The notes under the pieces: generated by a model
Seen by the model: the letters and a program-made list of their open reading frames with translations, nothing else
Database searches by the model: none
What the model was told of the DNA's origin: nothing
Made by a program: the position numbers and the translations under genes
From: a virus
Taxonomy: Duplodnaviria; Caudoviricetes
Strand: one strand, 5' to 3'
Virus record (IMG/VR): IMGVR_UViG_3300037692_000137
Span: 170,229 to 234,228 of that record
DNA length: 64,000 nt
Shown: in pieces, positions 56,042-64,000 of the stretch
How positions within the stretch are numbered: position 1 is the stretch's first letter
Layout: the number at the start of each line of letters is the position of its first letter

Positions 56042-57059
56042 AAAAATAGTAAAAGCTGTAACTAAAAAGAAGCCTCCGGCTAAAAAGCCGGCACTTAAAG
56101 AAGATGATCTTAATGTAATTTCAAGCCAACTCCTTGGAATAAAGGGGTTATGGTCAACGGCTACTTTAGAAAAGGCCCGTGTTCTGTACCTTGAAGGAAA
56201 ACACCCTGATTTGGCGGTTATTTTACCACATCTAAGAGATAACCCTGATGAGTTTATTCAGCGCCTTATGTTAAGCAGAGCTTTACTTATTGGTGAGGCA
56301 TACGATAAAGCTGTACCTTTGACATTTGGCGCCGATCCAGAGTTTATTCTGGAAAATGAGGCAGGAGAAATTGTATTATTCTCAGCAAATATGTGTCAAG
56401 GTAATACTATAGTTATGTCAGAGGCAGCAATTGGCGCAGATTATGGCCTTATGGAATTTAGGCCCGAATATGCTCGTACAATTCCTACTTTTATAAAGAA
56501 TCTTGATGCGTTACAGAATAATTTTGTTGCAAACTTTACTAAACTACGTATTAAACGTAGTGAAGCTGAGGTGTTTGATCATAAAAAAATGCGCATATTG
56601 GAACAGCTTGAAGATGCCCTTATAGATCACGGCGTGCAAATAGCCAAAGGGTTCTTTGTAGAACAGAACATCAATCTTGATGATGAAAGTTCCTATGCCA
56701 AAATGTCTATCTCTGCTTACGATGAACCGTTGTTTGGTTCTAACAGGAAGGACATCCTGTCTGCCGGCGGGCATATTCATATTGGCGGGACTTTTATCAA
56801 GATGTTGTCACTTCCACAAATGAAAGAGTTCGTTCGTAGAATTGACACACTCGTGAAACCAATGTGTGCCGCTGTCGAAACACCTGCCGCAGCATTAAGG
56901 CAGGAGGTTTATGGGTTTCCTGGAGAGTTCCGAATTAAACCCTATGGCCTGGAATACAGATCACCAAGTAATGCCATTTTCTGGCCGGAAAACAGAAAAG
57001 TGCTAAGTGAGATTTTAACCGTAATTAAAGGAGAAGCTGAAAGTTTCTTTATTAAATAA
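56016..57059 (+). CDS. phiEco32-like COOH-NH2 ligase type 2
   Basis: TFGADPEF, GADYGLMEFRP, AGGHIHIG, YGFPGEFRIKPYGLEYRSPSN. Confidence 0.85.
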   Translation: MTEISQIVKKIVKAVTKKKPPAKKPALKEDDLNVISSQLLGIKGLWSTATLEKARVLYLEGKHPDLAVILPHLRDNPDEFIQRLMLSRALLIGEAYDKAVPLTFGADPEFILENEAGEIVLFSANMCQGNTIVMSEAAIGADYGLMEFRPEYARTIPTFIKNLDALQNNFVANFTKLRIKRSEAEVFDHKKMRILEQLEDALIDHGVQIAKGFFVEQNINLDDESSYAKMSISAYDEPLFGSNRKDILSAGGHIHIGGTFIKMLSLPQMKEFVRRIDTLVKPMCAAVETPAAALRQEVYGFPGEFRIKPYGLEYRSPSNAIFWPENRKVLSEILTVIKGEAESFFIK

Positions 57060-57069
57060 GAGGTGAAGT

Positions 57070-57354
57070 ATGAAACATGTATTAGTAGTACACAACAATT
57101 GTACAGATGACCACTGCCCAATCTGTGATGGTGGTCTATGCGTGTGTTCAGTGTGTGGTGGCGCGGATTCCTCCCTTACGACAGAGTGTTCTGGTAAAAT
57201 AATTCCGGCATGGTTAGAAACTGCCGTTAGTAATTCATATGTGGACTTTATTGGTGGCAGGTGGCTTATTACAGAGCGTGGTAAGCAGGCTGCTAACAAC
57301 TGCGCTGCTGGAGCATATAATCTGAACACGTTGGTAGCAATTCAAAGAATATAA
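57070..57354 (+). CDS. Cys-rich small protein (94 aa)
   Basis: GAGG SD; CPICDGGLCVCSVCGG...LTTECSG. Confidence 0.6.
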   Translation: MKHVLVVHNNCTDDHCPICDGGLCVCSVCGGADSSLTTECSGKIIPAWLETAVSNSYVDFIGGRWLITERGKQAANNCAAGAYNLNTLVAIQRI

Positions 57355-57366
57355 GGAGGATACCAT

Positions 57367-57576
57367 TTGCCGACATACACTGTCAATAACATTGAATATA
57401 GGCTAATGTCTATTAATGATGTGGGTTCCAAATCTGTATGGGAATGGGGAACAAAAGCAAAAGCGCTTGATTTGCAAAAAGTTGCCCAAGCTATGTTCCC
57501 TAGAGCCACATACAGCATTCAAAGTAGACCCAAAAAAGATTTAGCGGATAAAAGAGCGAGGTCTAAGCAAAGGTGA
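57367..57576 (+). CDS. Hypothetical protein (69 aa, TTG start)
   Basis: AGGAGG SD. Confidence 0.5.
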   Translation: MPTYTVNNIEYRLMSINDVGSKSVWEWGTKAKALDLQKVAQAMFPRATYSIQSRPKKDLADKRARSKQR

Positions 57577-57580
57577 GTCC

Positions 57581-57766
57581 ATGAATAACTTTGTTGCGGT
57601 ATTATTTGATATGGTTAAATGCTTTGAGTGTGGGGTGTACTTTTTCCCAGGGGATTTAAACCCCCATAAGTGTAAAAACAAAGAGCCACAGGTCGTCGAG
57701 GATTTGTCTGTAATATTAGCGCCATTAACAACTATTTTAAATAAACAACATAAAGGAACAAAATAA
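57581..57766 (+). CDS. Hypothetical protein (61 aa)
   Basis: AGGTGAG SD. Confidence 0.45.
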   Translation: MNNFVAVLFDMVKCFECGVYFFPGDLNPHKCKNKEPQVVEDLSVILAPLTTILNKQHKGTK

Positions 57767-57954
57767 TGCTTTTTAAAGACTATGTAAATACCAAAGAGTA
57801 CGAAGAGGTGGCCGCCAGAGTAAAGCAAGCGGCTATTGAACTGGACAACGCTACCAAACATATTGTTGAGACCTGTTCAGATATAGATGAAGAGGATATT
57901 TTTGTCAGTCAAGAGGGTAACATCGAGTTGATACAATGGTAGTGGAGGACCGTT

Positions 57955-58404
57955 ATGAAAATAGGCAGCGCTATGCTTATAGCAGCACAAGTACATCAAA
58001 ACCAACTTGACCTGGCTGGTAAAGCCTACATCTTTCATCCTATAAGGGTCAGTCAAAACGTAGTCATAGTGGATGATAGCCAGCGTGCGCTAGCCCTACT
58101 TCATGATACCTTGGAAGATTATGATAGAACAAAATTACCCAACCTACCAAGTATTATTGAAAAAGGACTAACGGCCATTGAATTATCAGCCTTGCATGCA
58201 CTAACTCATGGTGATAAAGTATCTTGGGATACATACATTAGCAATATTGCCGAGAATCTTTTGGCCTCACGCGTAAAAATTGCTGATTTGGAAGATAACA
58301 TGAATCTTCTTCGACTAAGACATTTGTCCAGCAAGGCTCTTGATAGGGCAAAGAAATACCATGAGTCGTGGGTATTTTTGAATAAGACAATAAAGAGGGT
58401 GTAG
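57955..58404 (+). CDS. Small alarmone hydrolase (Mesh1/SAH-type HD protein)
   Basis: AAQVHQNQLDLAGKAYIFHPIRV, ALLHDTLED, VKIADLEDN all intact. Confidence 0.85.
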   Translation: MKIGSAMLIAAQVHQNQLDLAGKAYIFHPIRVSQNVVIVDDSQRALALLHDTLEDYDRTKLPNLPSIIEKGLTAIELSALHALTHGDKVSWDTYISNIAENLLASRVKIADLEDNMNLLRLRHLSSKALDRAKKYHESWVFLNKTIKRV

Positions 58405-58424
58405 TGTTTTTCCCGCTTCGCGGA
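58401..58424 (+). repeat. Dispersed leader motif, copy 3 (T5 variant)
   Basis: GTAGTGTTTTTCCCGCTTCGCGGA. Confidence 0.9.
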
Positions 58425-58469
58425 GAGGTTAGTTGTAGTTGGTAGTATTAATCTATTATAGGAGTTACT

Positions 58470-58814
58470 ATGAAAGTCATAGAACTGAAACACATTGCAG
58501 AAGTGACATGTCCTACTTGCGGCGCGGCATGTATAACCAGTAAGCAGTCACTGCAACATTCCAGCGGCGAATGGAATGAGTATAGAACGTTTAACTGTGG
58601 TCTTACACTGAATTATTCCCCTAATTTCAGGAGGGTTGTTGTAAACAGCCCTTGCACAAGGTCAGAGGAGGCTAAACACATACGTAATAAAAGGGTGACG
58701 GCTATAGCTAGACTTGCTAAATACATCAAACTGCTGGATGTGGATGAGCAGTTTAAATCAAAAGTATATAAAACTATTACACAAGCGGAGTACACCCATG
58801 ATAAGAAACTTTGA
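58470..58814 (+). CDS. Zn-ribbon-like protein (114 aa)
   Basis: AGGAG SD; CPTC. Confidence 0.6.
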   Translation: MKVIELKHIAEVTCPTCGAACITSKQSLQHSSGEWNEYRTFNCGLTLNYSPNFRRVVVNSPCTRSEEAKHIRNKRVTAIARLAKYIKLLDVDEQFKSKVYKTITQAEYTHDKKL

Positions 58815-59247
58815 TAATAATCATGCGTTTCTGTCTAATTTTTATCCTTCTCCAATAAACCATGAGGGTGTTGTATATCCAACTGTTGAACATTTCTATC
58901 AAGCAATGAAAAGTGCTTCTGTCGTTGTAAGAAAAACAGTGGCTAATCTGCCTACCCCAGCTGCAACTAAGAAGTACGGCCGTAAAATAGCTCTAAGAGC
59001 AGATTGGGAGGAGAAGAAGGTTGAGATAATGACAGCTGCTTTACGTGCCAAGTTTAAATACCCCGAGTTGAAGGCTAAGCTATTGGCTACCGATGTCTCC
59101 CTGCTGGAAGAAGGTAACTACTGGCATGATAACTTTTGGGGAAATTGCTCCTGCCCAAAATGCTGGAATACAGTAGGCTATAATGTGTTGGGTAAGTTGT
59201 TAATGATGATTAGGGCTGAAATTCAACATGATGAGGCACGCAAATGA
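58798..59247 (+). CDS. NADAR (YbiA-like) family hydrolase (start re-called)
   Basis: FLSNFY, YPTVEHFYQAMK, KKYGR, DWEEKK, LRAKF, DNFWG, GxNxLGKLLM. Confidence 0.92.
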   Translation: MIRNFDNNHAFLSNFYPSPINHEGVVYPTVEHFYQAMKSASVVVRKTVANLPTPAATKKYGRKIALRADWEEKKVEIMTAALRAKFKYPELKAKLLATDVSLLEEGNYWHDNFWGNCSCPKCWNTVGYNVLGKLLMMIRAEIQHDEARK

Positions 59248-59960
59248 AGATAGGTATAACTGAAAGAGGTGATGCTGCTTTGAATTTTGCTGAGTGGCAT
59301 CGCAAACTCGGTACAGTGGATGGTGTTATATTAATTACAAAAAATCCAATTAAACTGTTCGAGTACCGTGAGTACATTCCACCCAAGTCCATTATACACA
59401 CAACAATCACTGGCCATGGCGGTACTGCCCTTGAACCAAACGTGCCTGTGGTCGAAGAGGCTATTGAAGCCTATAAAAAGTTGGTAGCTATCTTTGGCAG
59501 CCAGCGTGTGGTGCTTCGTGTAGACCCAATAATACCCACAGTTAATGCTGTTACTAAAGCATTACATGTTATAGGTCAAAAACAGGGTAGATTTCGCGTG
59601 TCTATGCTGGATCTATACCCACATGTAAAGGGCCGCTTATTTGGTAAAATGCCTGATTTGGCGCAGGCATTAACAGAAGAGCGGCTATATGGGCAAAATG
59701 CTGTTCATTTACAAGACAGTCTACGACTTCCTGCATTAAAGCACCTGGCAAGAATGGGCGCTGAAATTTGCGGTGAGCCGGGAATTGAATGCACTGGTTG
59801 TGTATCAATAAGAGACCTGGAAATTATGGGCATTATGCCAAAGGGTTCCGGCAAAAGTAAGCAGCGGAGCGCCTGCGCATGTGTGGCTGAAAAGACAGAG
59901 TTACTTACGAAAAGACACCCTTGTGCTCATGGCTGTCTTTATTGCTACTGGAAAAATTGA
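59244..59960 (+). CDS. DUF1848-like (spore-photoproduct-lyase/radical-SAM-related) protein
   Basis: LITKNP, TITG, LEPNVP, VLRVDPIIP, C-terminal CAHGCLYCYW. Confidence 0.78.
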   Translation: MKIGITERGDAALNFAEWHRKLGTVDGVILITKNPIKLFEYREYIPPKSIIHTTITGHGGTALEPNVPVVEEAIEAYKKLVAIFGSQRVVLRVDPIIPTVNAVTKALHVIGQKQGRFRVSMLDLYPHVKGRLFGKMPDLAQALTEERLYGQNAVHLQDSLRLPALKHLARMGAEICGEPGIECTGCVSIRDLEIMGIMPKGSGKSKQRSACACVAEKTELLTKRHPCAHGCLYCYWKN

Positions 59961-59970
59961 GGAGATTTCG

Positions 59971-60504
59971 ATGTATACAATGTGTTTTACCGGACACCGA
60001 AAATTACAAGATCAGTACTATAATGGAAATGCTAATGGTACTGGTATCTGGGCAAACGTGTATCGTGCGTTATATGCTCAAATTTTATTCGCTTATGAAA
60101 AACGAGCTGTTACAACCTTTATTGCAGGTGGTGCCATTGGTGTTGATACAGTTGCCGCTCAGGCGGTATTGGCCCTTAAAGTCGCATATCCAGAGGTAAA
60201 GCTTATTATAGCGCGCCCCTTTCCGTCGCAGGCGTGTAAGTGGTCGCGGTCTACTCAGGAGTTGGCTGCGGCTATAAATAAACACGCAGAGGTAGTAGAC
60301 GTTTCACCAGATCCGTATTCACCACAAAAAATGCAAATAAGAAATCAATGGATGATTGATCACAGCCAATGTGTGTTGGCAGTACAGCTGTCGGACAAAC
60401 CTGCCGGAGGTACTGCTAATGCCGTTCAATATGCCAAAATTAAACAAAAGCTTATTGGAATTTTGGACCCATTCACATTAAATGTGTCATGGTCAAAGGG
60501 ATAA
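59971..60504 (+). CDS. SLOG superfamily, YspA/DUF1273-like protein (start re-called)
   Basis: CFTGHR, GGAIGVD, RNQWMID, GGTANAVQYA. Confidence 0.85.
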   Translation: MYTMCFTGHRKLQDQYYNGNANGTGIWANVYRALYAQILFAYEKRAVTTFIAGGAIGVDTVAAQAVLALKVAYPEVKLIIARPFPSQACKWSRSTQELAAAINKHAEVVDVSPDPYSPQKMQIRNQWMIDHSQCVLAVQLSDKPAGGTANAVQYAKIKQKLIGILDPFTLNVSWSKG

Positions 60505-61016
60505 CTATGAGAAAAGAAATGTCTGCTGAAGAAGCAAAGAAATTGTTTGACTCTTTAGTTCAACCGAAGAGGGGTTACGAACATAAAAAGATACCCAACC
60601 CGGTAGTTGGTAGTATCATAGTAAGACCCGCTATTGGTTATAATGACGGGCGTTTTGAACCAAAGCATGTAATCTTACAGAAGACTACAAAAAAGTCATA
60701 CATGTTTAAGGCACACAGGTTGTATAGAAACACGGTAGTAAAATCCATGGTATCGCATACACCGCATTACATAGTAGGGTCGCCTACGTTGGTCGGTGAG
60801 TTGGTTTGTTTCACTGTAACAGAGGATATTCCTAAAAATTGGACATACTTTGAGGTAGTAGCTGTTGGGAAGAAGGGTAAGGTTTTATTTGTGCGCCCTC
60901 GTGTAGGCAATTTACGGATGTTCTACTGTTATCCCCTCCGCCGCCCTAAATTAGGGTCAGTAAGAAAAGTATTTGATAGAAAACTTCTTATGGAGATGTA
61001 CCATGCCCGCTTCTAA
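60489..61016 (+). CDS. Hypothetical protein (about 170 aa; start uncertain)
   Basis: In operon orientation. Confidence 0.55.
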   Translation: MVKGITMRKEMSAEEAKKLFDSLVQPKRGYEHKKIPNPVVGSIIVRPAIGYNDGRFEPKHVILQKTTKKSYMFKAHRLYRNTVVKSMVSHTPHYIVGSPTLVGELVCFTVTEDIPKNWTYFEVVAVGKKGKVLFVRPRVGNLRMFYCYPLRRPKLGSVRKVFDRKLLMEMYHARF

Positions 61017-61218
61017 CAGGAGTACCATTGACCGACGAGGTGGTGACAGGAGGGGTACCTTTAACAGAAGGGCTGCGCCAGCACTAACTTTAAACACGAT
61101 GCTGTTATGCGCTGGTGCTAACACAACAGTATCTCTTAATCAGTGTGCTATCTGCGATAAGAAGTGTGAACGCGGTATGCAACTATTGCTATTAATCAAT
61201 AAAAACTGAGGTAACAAC

Positions 61219-61491
61219 ATGGAACCGTGGCTTATATTAGGCCTTTTAGGTATACTTATTAATGAGCTAGCCAACCATATCTCTGGCAAGCCTATAAAAA
61301 TTGACGGTAAAAAACTTATTCAATATATTGTCATGCTGGCCTTAGGGCCAGCTACAGCAGTATACGCAATATACAAATTCTTTAACGCTTCTCCGATATC
61401 AATTAAGGCAGAGGAAGAAGAAAATATCAAGGCAGAGGATGTTCCTCACGTAACTCATTCATTCAGAGCAAAGAAGAAAAATGAAGGATAA
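61219..61491 (+). CDS. Membrane protein (90 aa)
   Basis: GAGG SD; hydrophobic segments. Confidence 0.55.
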   Translation: MEPWLILGLLGILINELANHISGKPIKIDGKKLIQYIVMLALGPATAVYAIYKFFNASPISIKAEEEENIKAEDVPHVTHSFRAKKKNEG

Positions 61492-61687
61492 TACCATGTC
61501 TCGTCCAAACAACAAACATGATCGCAGAGAAAAAGATAATAAAAACAACATCAACCCTGATCGACAGGACACGAAACGTGTCCTTCCATATAAACGGCCC
61601 AAATCAAACAGGCGCTCCCTCCTGTATGACCCGCTTGTAAGTGAAGAAACGGATGATGTTGATGACGAGGATATCACTGATGGGTAG
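61481..61687 (+). CDS. Small protein with basic N-terminus and acidic tail (68 aa)
   Basis: Coupled ORF. Confidence 0.45.
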   Translation: MKDNTMSRPNNKHDRREKDNKNNINPDRQDTKRVLPYKRPKSNRRSLLYDPLVSEETDDVDDEDITDG

Positions 61688-61990
61688 ATATAGTAGAATA
61701 TTTGGCCTACCCAGGCATGCGGCAGATATATCTGTCCTGCCTTCACTTAGGTTGCCCCCAATAGATCAACCAGCTAGCGCTGAAAAAACAGAAAGTACTG
61801 ACTTGCTAAGTTTAATAAACCATGCTGAGCAATCCCACGTATTGCACACGCCAGTGGTAAAGCGTGTAATAACACCAACTTTTTTTATACGAGAGTCCCC
61901 GCTCCCAACTAGAGGTGACTTAGACTTATTACGCCGTTGTTTGATTCTAAGAACCAAGTTAGTAAAAGAAAAGGAACAAAAGGGGTATAA

Positions 61991-62242
61991 ATGACATACA
62001 TACAAGAGTTGTGGGGTAACATGGCATTACTGGAGGTTATGGCAACAGTCTTAACCATAGTAGCTGTATGGTTTATATCCAAACCGAGATACATTGGACA
62101 AGTAATTATGCTTGCAGCTCAGATTTTCTGGTTGGCACATAGCCTGAATAAGGCTAGCCTAGGATTAATAATTCAGTCTGTAGTACTTCTGCTCTTTTCA
62201 ATAAGAGCTTTAATAAGTTGGCGAAAAAATAAAATCGCCTAG
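61991..62242 (+). CDS. PnuC-like half transporter (83 aa, 3 TM)
   Basis: LEVMATVLTIVAVWFISK...QIFW...GLIIQSV...ALISWRK resembles one PnuC/SWEET-type triple-helix bundle. Confidence 0.6.
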   Translation: MTYIQELWGNMALLEVMATVLTIVAVWFISKPRYIGQVIMLAAQIFWLAHSLNKASLGLIIQSVVLLLFSIRALISWRKNKIA

Positions 62243-62253
62243 GTAGAAATATC

Positions 62254-62598
62254 ATGCAAAAATTCATAGTAACAACGGACCCGATAGCATTCGGTAAGGC
62301 TGTTAATACAGCGCTTATGACCGAGAAACTTAGGATTTGTCCAGGAACTTCTTATGCTGTAACAATCTATAAAAGTTTGCCAGTATTTTGTTCCGTGGCA
62401 CTGGAAAACCATGGAGGACAAATACTGATAACAGCAACTGAGGGGGCTTCTTTCATTAATGAGGTAACAAGGTACCTATCTTATGGTTACTGGGTGGTAC
62501 CAGGAACAATTTATATAACAAACACAGAAGTAAATATGTCAACTAATCCTGATGATAGGGTGGCTATAAGACTATACACTGTGTTTGTAGGTAACTAA
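62254..62598 (+). CDS. Hypothetical protein with two internal DUF1737-like repeats (114 aa)
   Basis: AFGKAVNTAL....ICPGT and SFINEVTRYL..GYWVVPGT. Confidence 0.55.
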   Translation: MQKFIVTTDPIAFGKAVNTALMTEKLRICPGTSYAVTIYKSLPVFCSVALENHGGQILITATEGASFINEVTRYLSYGYWVVPGTIYITNTEVNMSTNPDDRVAIRLYTVFVGN

Positions 62599-62600
62599 CT

Positions 62601-63002
62601 ATGCAAATTACTTATGGGCATCCAGCCAGTGGTGGGCCAACAAGGTTTGTAATGTATGATCGTAACGAAGTAATAAAACATCTTATATTGTCATCCAATG
62701 AAGCAAAAGAGCATCAAAGACACCTTGTTGGTAGCACTAAATATCAGATAAAGATTTTTGTTGATGGTATTCTTCCGGCGGCCGTCTTTGCAGCAGCATT
62801 GCTGCGCACAAATAATGTGCCATTAAAAAGTACCTACTACGATAAAGAAGAAAAAGCACTAGTCATAGGGTATGATGAGGCCCACTATAAAAATGATTTT
62901 ACTTCTTACATCGAGGAGCTATTCAGGTATGGATCTTTGCTGGATTTAAAGCGTGATATATGGGGAAATAATTTATTCATTAACGGGGATGCTATTGTTT
63001 AA
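62601..63002 (+). CDS. Hypothetical protein (133 aa)
   Basis: Coupled ORF. Confidence 0.55.
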   Translation: MQITYGHPASGGPTRFVMYDRNEVIKHLILSSNEAKEHQRHLVGSTKYQIKIFVDGILPAAVFAAALLRTNNVPLKSTYYDKEEKALVIGYDEAHYKNDFTSYIEELFRYGSLLDLKRDIWGNNLFINGDAIV

Positions 63003-63016
63003 TAAGGAGAGTCGTT

Positions 63017-63484
63017 ATGCAGATGGTACGGAAAGACATATTGACTGTGCAATCAGGCATCATTTGTCATCAGGTTAACTGTAAAGGTGTAATGGGCGCT
63101 GGTTTAGCCGCGCAACTGAGGAAAAAATGGCCTGTTGTTTACGAGGTGTATAGAGAACAACATGAAAACAAACAGTTAAAGTTGGGCTCCATATCTTTGG
63201 CTGCCGTTCATGCTGACCTTATTGTATGCAACATGGCCGCTCAGGATACGTATGGTAGAGATGGAAATCGACACACAGATTACACTGCTTTTGCCGTTTG
63301 TCTATCCAGGTTAGGTAATTTCATTACAGCGTATAAGCCAATGTTACCTGCAACAGCTTCTACCTCTAATATACCCGTGTATTTTCCTTACAAAATAGGC
63401 TGTGGTCTGGGTGGAGGTGACTGGACCATCGTGCTTAATTTGATAGTAAACAATTTCCCAGAAGCAATAATTACAAAAGTATAG
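63017..63484 (+). CDS. Macrodomain protein (Poa1p/TARG1/DarG-like)
   Basis: IICHQVNCKGVMGAGLAAQLRKKWP, VYFPYKIGCGLGGGDW. Confidence 0.92.
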   Translation: MQMVRKDILTVQSGIICHQVNCKGVMGAGLAAQLRKKWPVVYEVYREQHENKQLKLGSISLAAVHADLIVCNMAAQDTYGRDGNRHTDYTAFAVCLSRLGNFITAYKPMLPATASTSNIPVYFPYKIGCGLGGGDWTIVLNLIVNNFPEAIITKV

Positions 63485-63489
63485 AGGGC

Positions 63490-63879
63490 ATGGACATGCA
63501 GACACAGTGCAGAGGTCTTAAATCAACGTTTAAAGTTTTATCTGTCCTATGTATTAAGTGTGGCAAGACTATTTTCCTTGAAAGAGCTTGGAGCTATACC
63601 AAAAGTGACTGTAAAACGTCTTACGTGTGTATCACATGTGCTCCTGATCGTAAAACAGCCCTCCTCACGATTTTACGGGCAGTATTCCCAAACGCTTTTA
63701 GGAAGATACTCTTTTCAGACTCTGAGGATAAGGTAAAAGAGCCCGTACTAGCTACATCGCAACCAGCACTAAAGGAGCTTAAACAAATAACAAATGACAT
63801 GTTAATCAGGGCGGGTGTACTTAGCCCAATAACAACGGAATCCAACGAGGATTCCACAACATTAAAGGAGGACTCATGA
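63490..63879 (+). CDS. Zn-finger-like hypothetical protein (129 aa)
   Basis: CIKC...CITC. Confidence 0.55.
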   Translation: MDMQTQCRGLKSTFKVLSVLCIKCGKTIFLERAWSYTKSDCKTSYVCITCAPDRKTALLTILRAVFPNAFRKILFSDSEDKVKEPVLATSQPALKELKQITNDMLIRAGVLSPITTESNEDSTTLKEDS

Positions 63880-64000
63880 AGTTTGTTTTAAAGCAGGCTC
63901 AATTTGAGCTGGCACGACTGGCTTCTAATAATAGCAGCCAGTCACACAACCTTAAGGAGGTAGTAGAATGAAGAACGTGAAGAAAGCTTTGACACGAGGG

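Noticed and set aside
27-63857. Many ORF-track entries antisense to or nested in called genes (e.g. 27..278, 378..704, 2509..3201, 39423..40025, 40489..41091, 55477..55896)
   Set aside because: Shadow ORFs lacking SD sequences, on the non-coding strand of well-supported genes
1-64000. tRNA, rRNA, integrase or transposase genes
   Set aside because: No cloverleaf/T-loop signatures or recombinase/transposase motifs recognised by eye; tRNAscan-SE would confirm

Overview
64-kb fragment of a large tailed-phage genome; no cellular housekeeping genes, tRNAs, CRISPR arrays or integrase were seen. The left arm (1-29.2 kb, minus strand) carries portal, putative lysis genes, terminase, HD hydrolase, dNMP kinase, a cold-shock gene, GH24 endolysin, an actin-like ATPase, ClpP, an HTH replication-initiator-like gene, PhoH and a tail-fibre/receptor-binding module. 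A REC-TM gene and a REC-HD-GYP phosphodiesterase gene are inserted in that module. After an AT-rich divergent region (29.2-30.0 kb), the right arm (plus strand) is a string of small early-type genes, then DnaJ, MoxR-AAA/vWA, a phiEco32-type amide ligase and a cluster of nucleotide-handling enzymes (alarmone hydrolase, NADAR, DUF1848, SLOG, PnuC-like, macrodomain). The most striking content is RNA-level and invisible to the ORF track: (1) a 264-nt group I (IA2-like) intron splitting the cold-shock gene within its RNP1 motif; (2) a c-di-GMP-I riboswitch upstream of a secreted DUF1566 protein, in a phage that also encodes an HD-GYP enzyme; (3) a pistol ribozyme and two type II hammerheads (one canonical, one degenerate) between early genes; (4) several unexplained repeated or pseudoknotted elements. 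A Gram-negative host, possibly Desulfobacterota-like, is inferred from gene content only. All family and RNA calls are by eye from motifs; no database or folding software was run.
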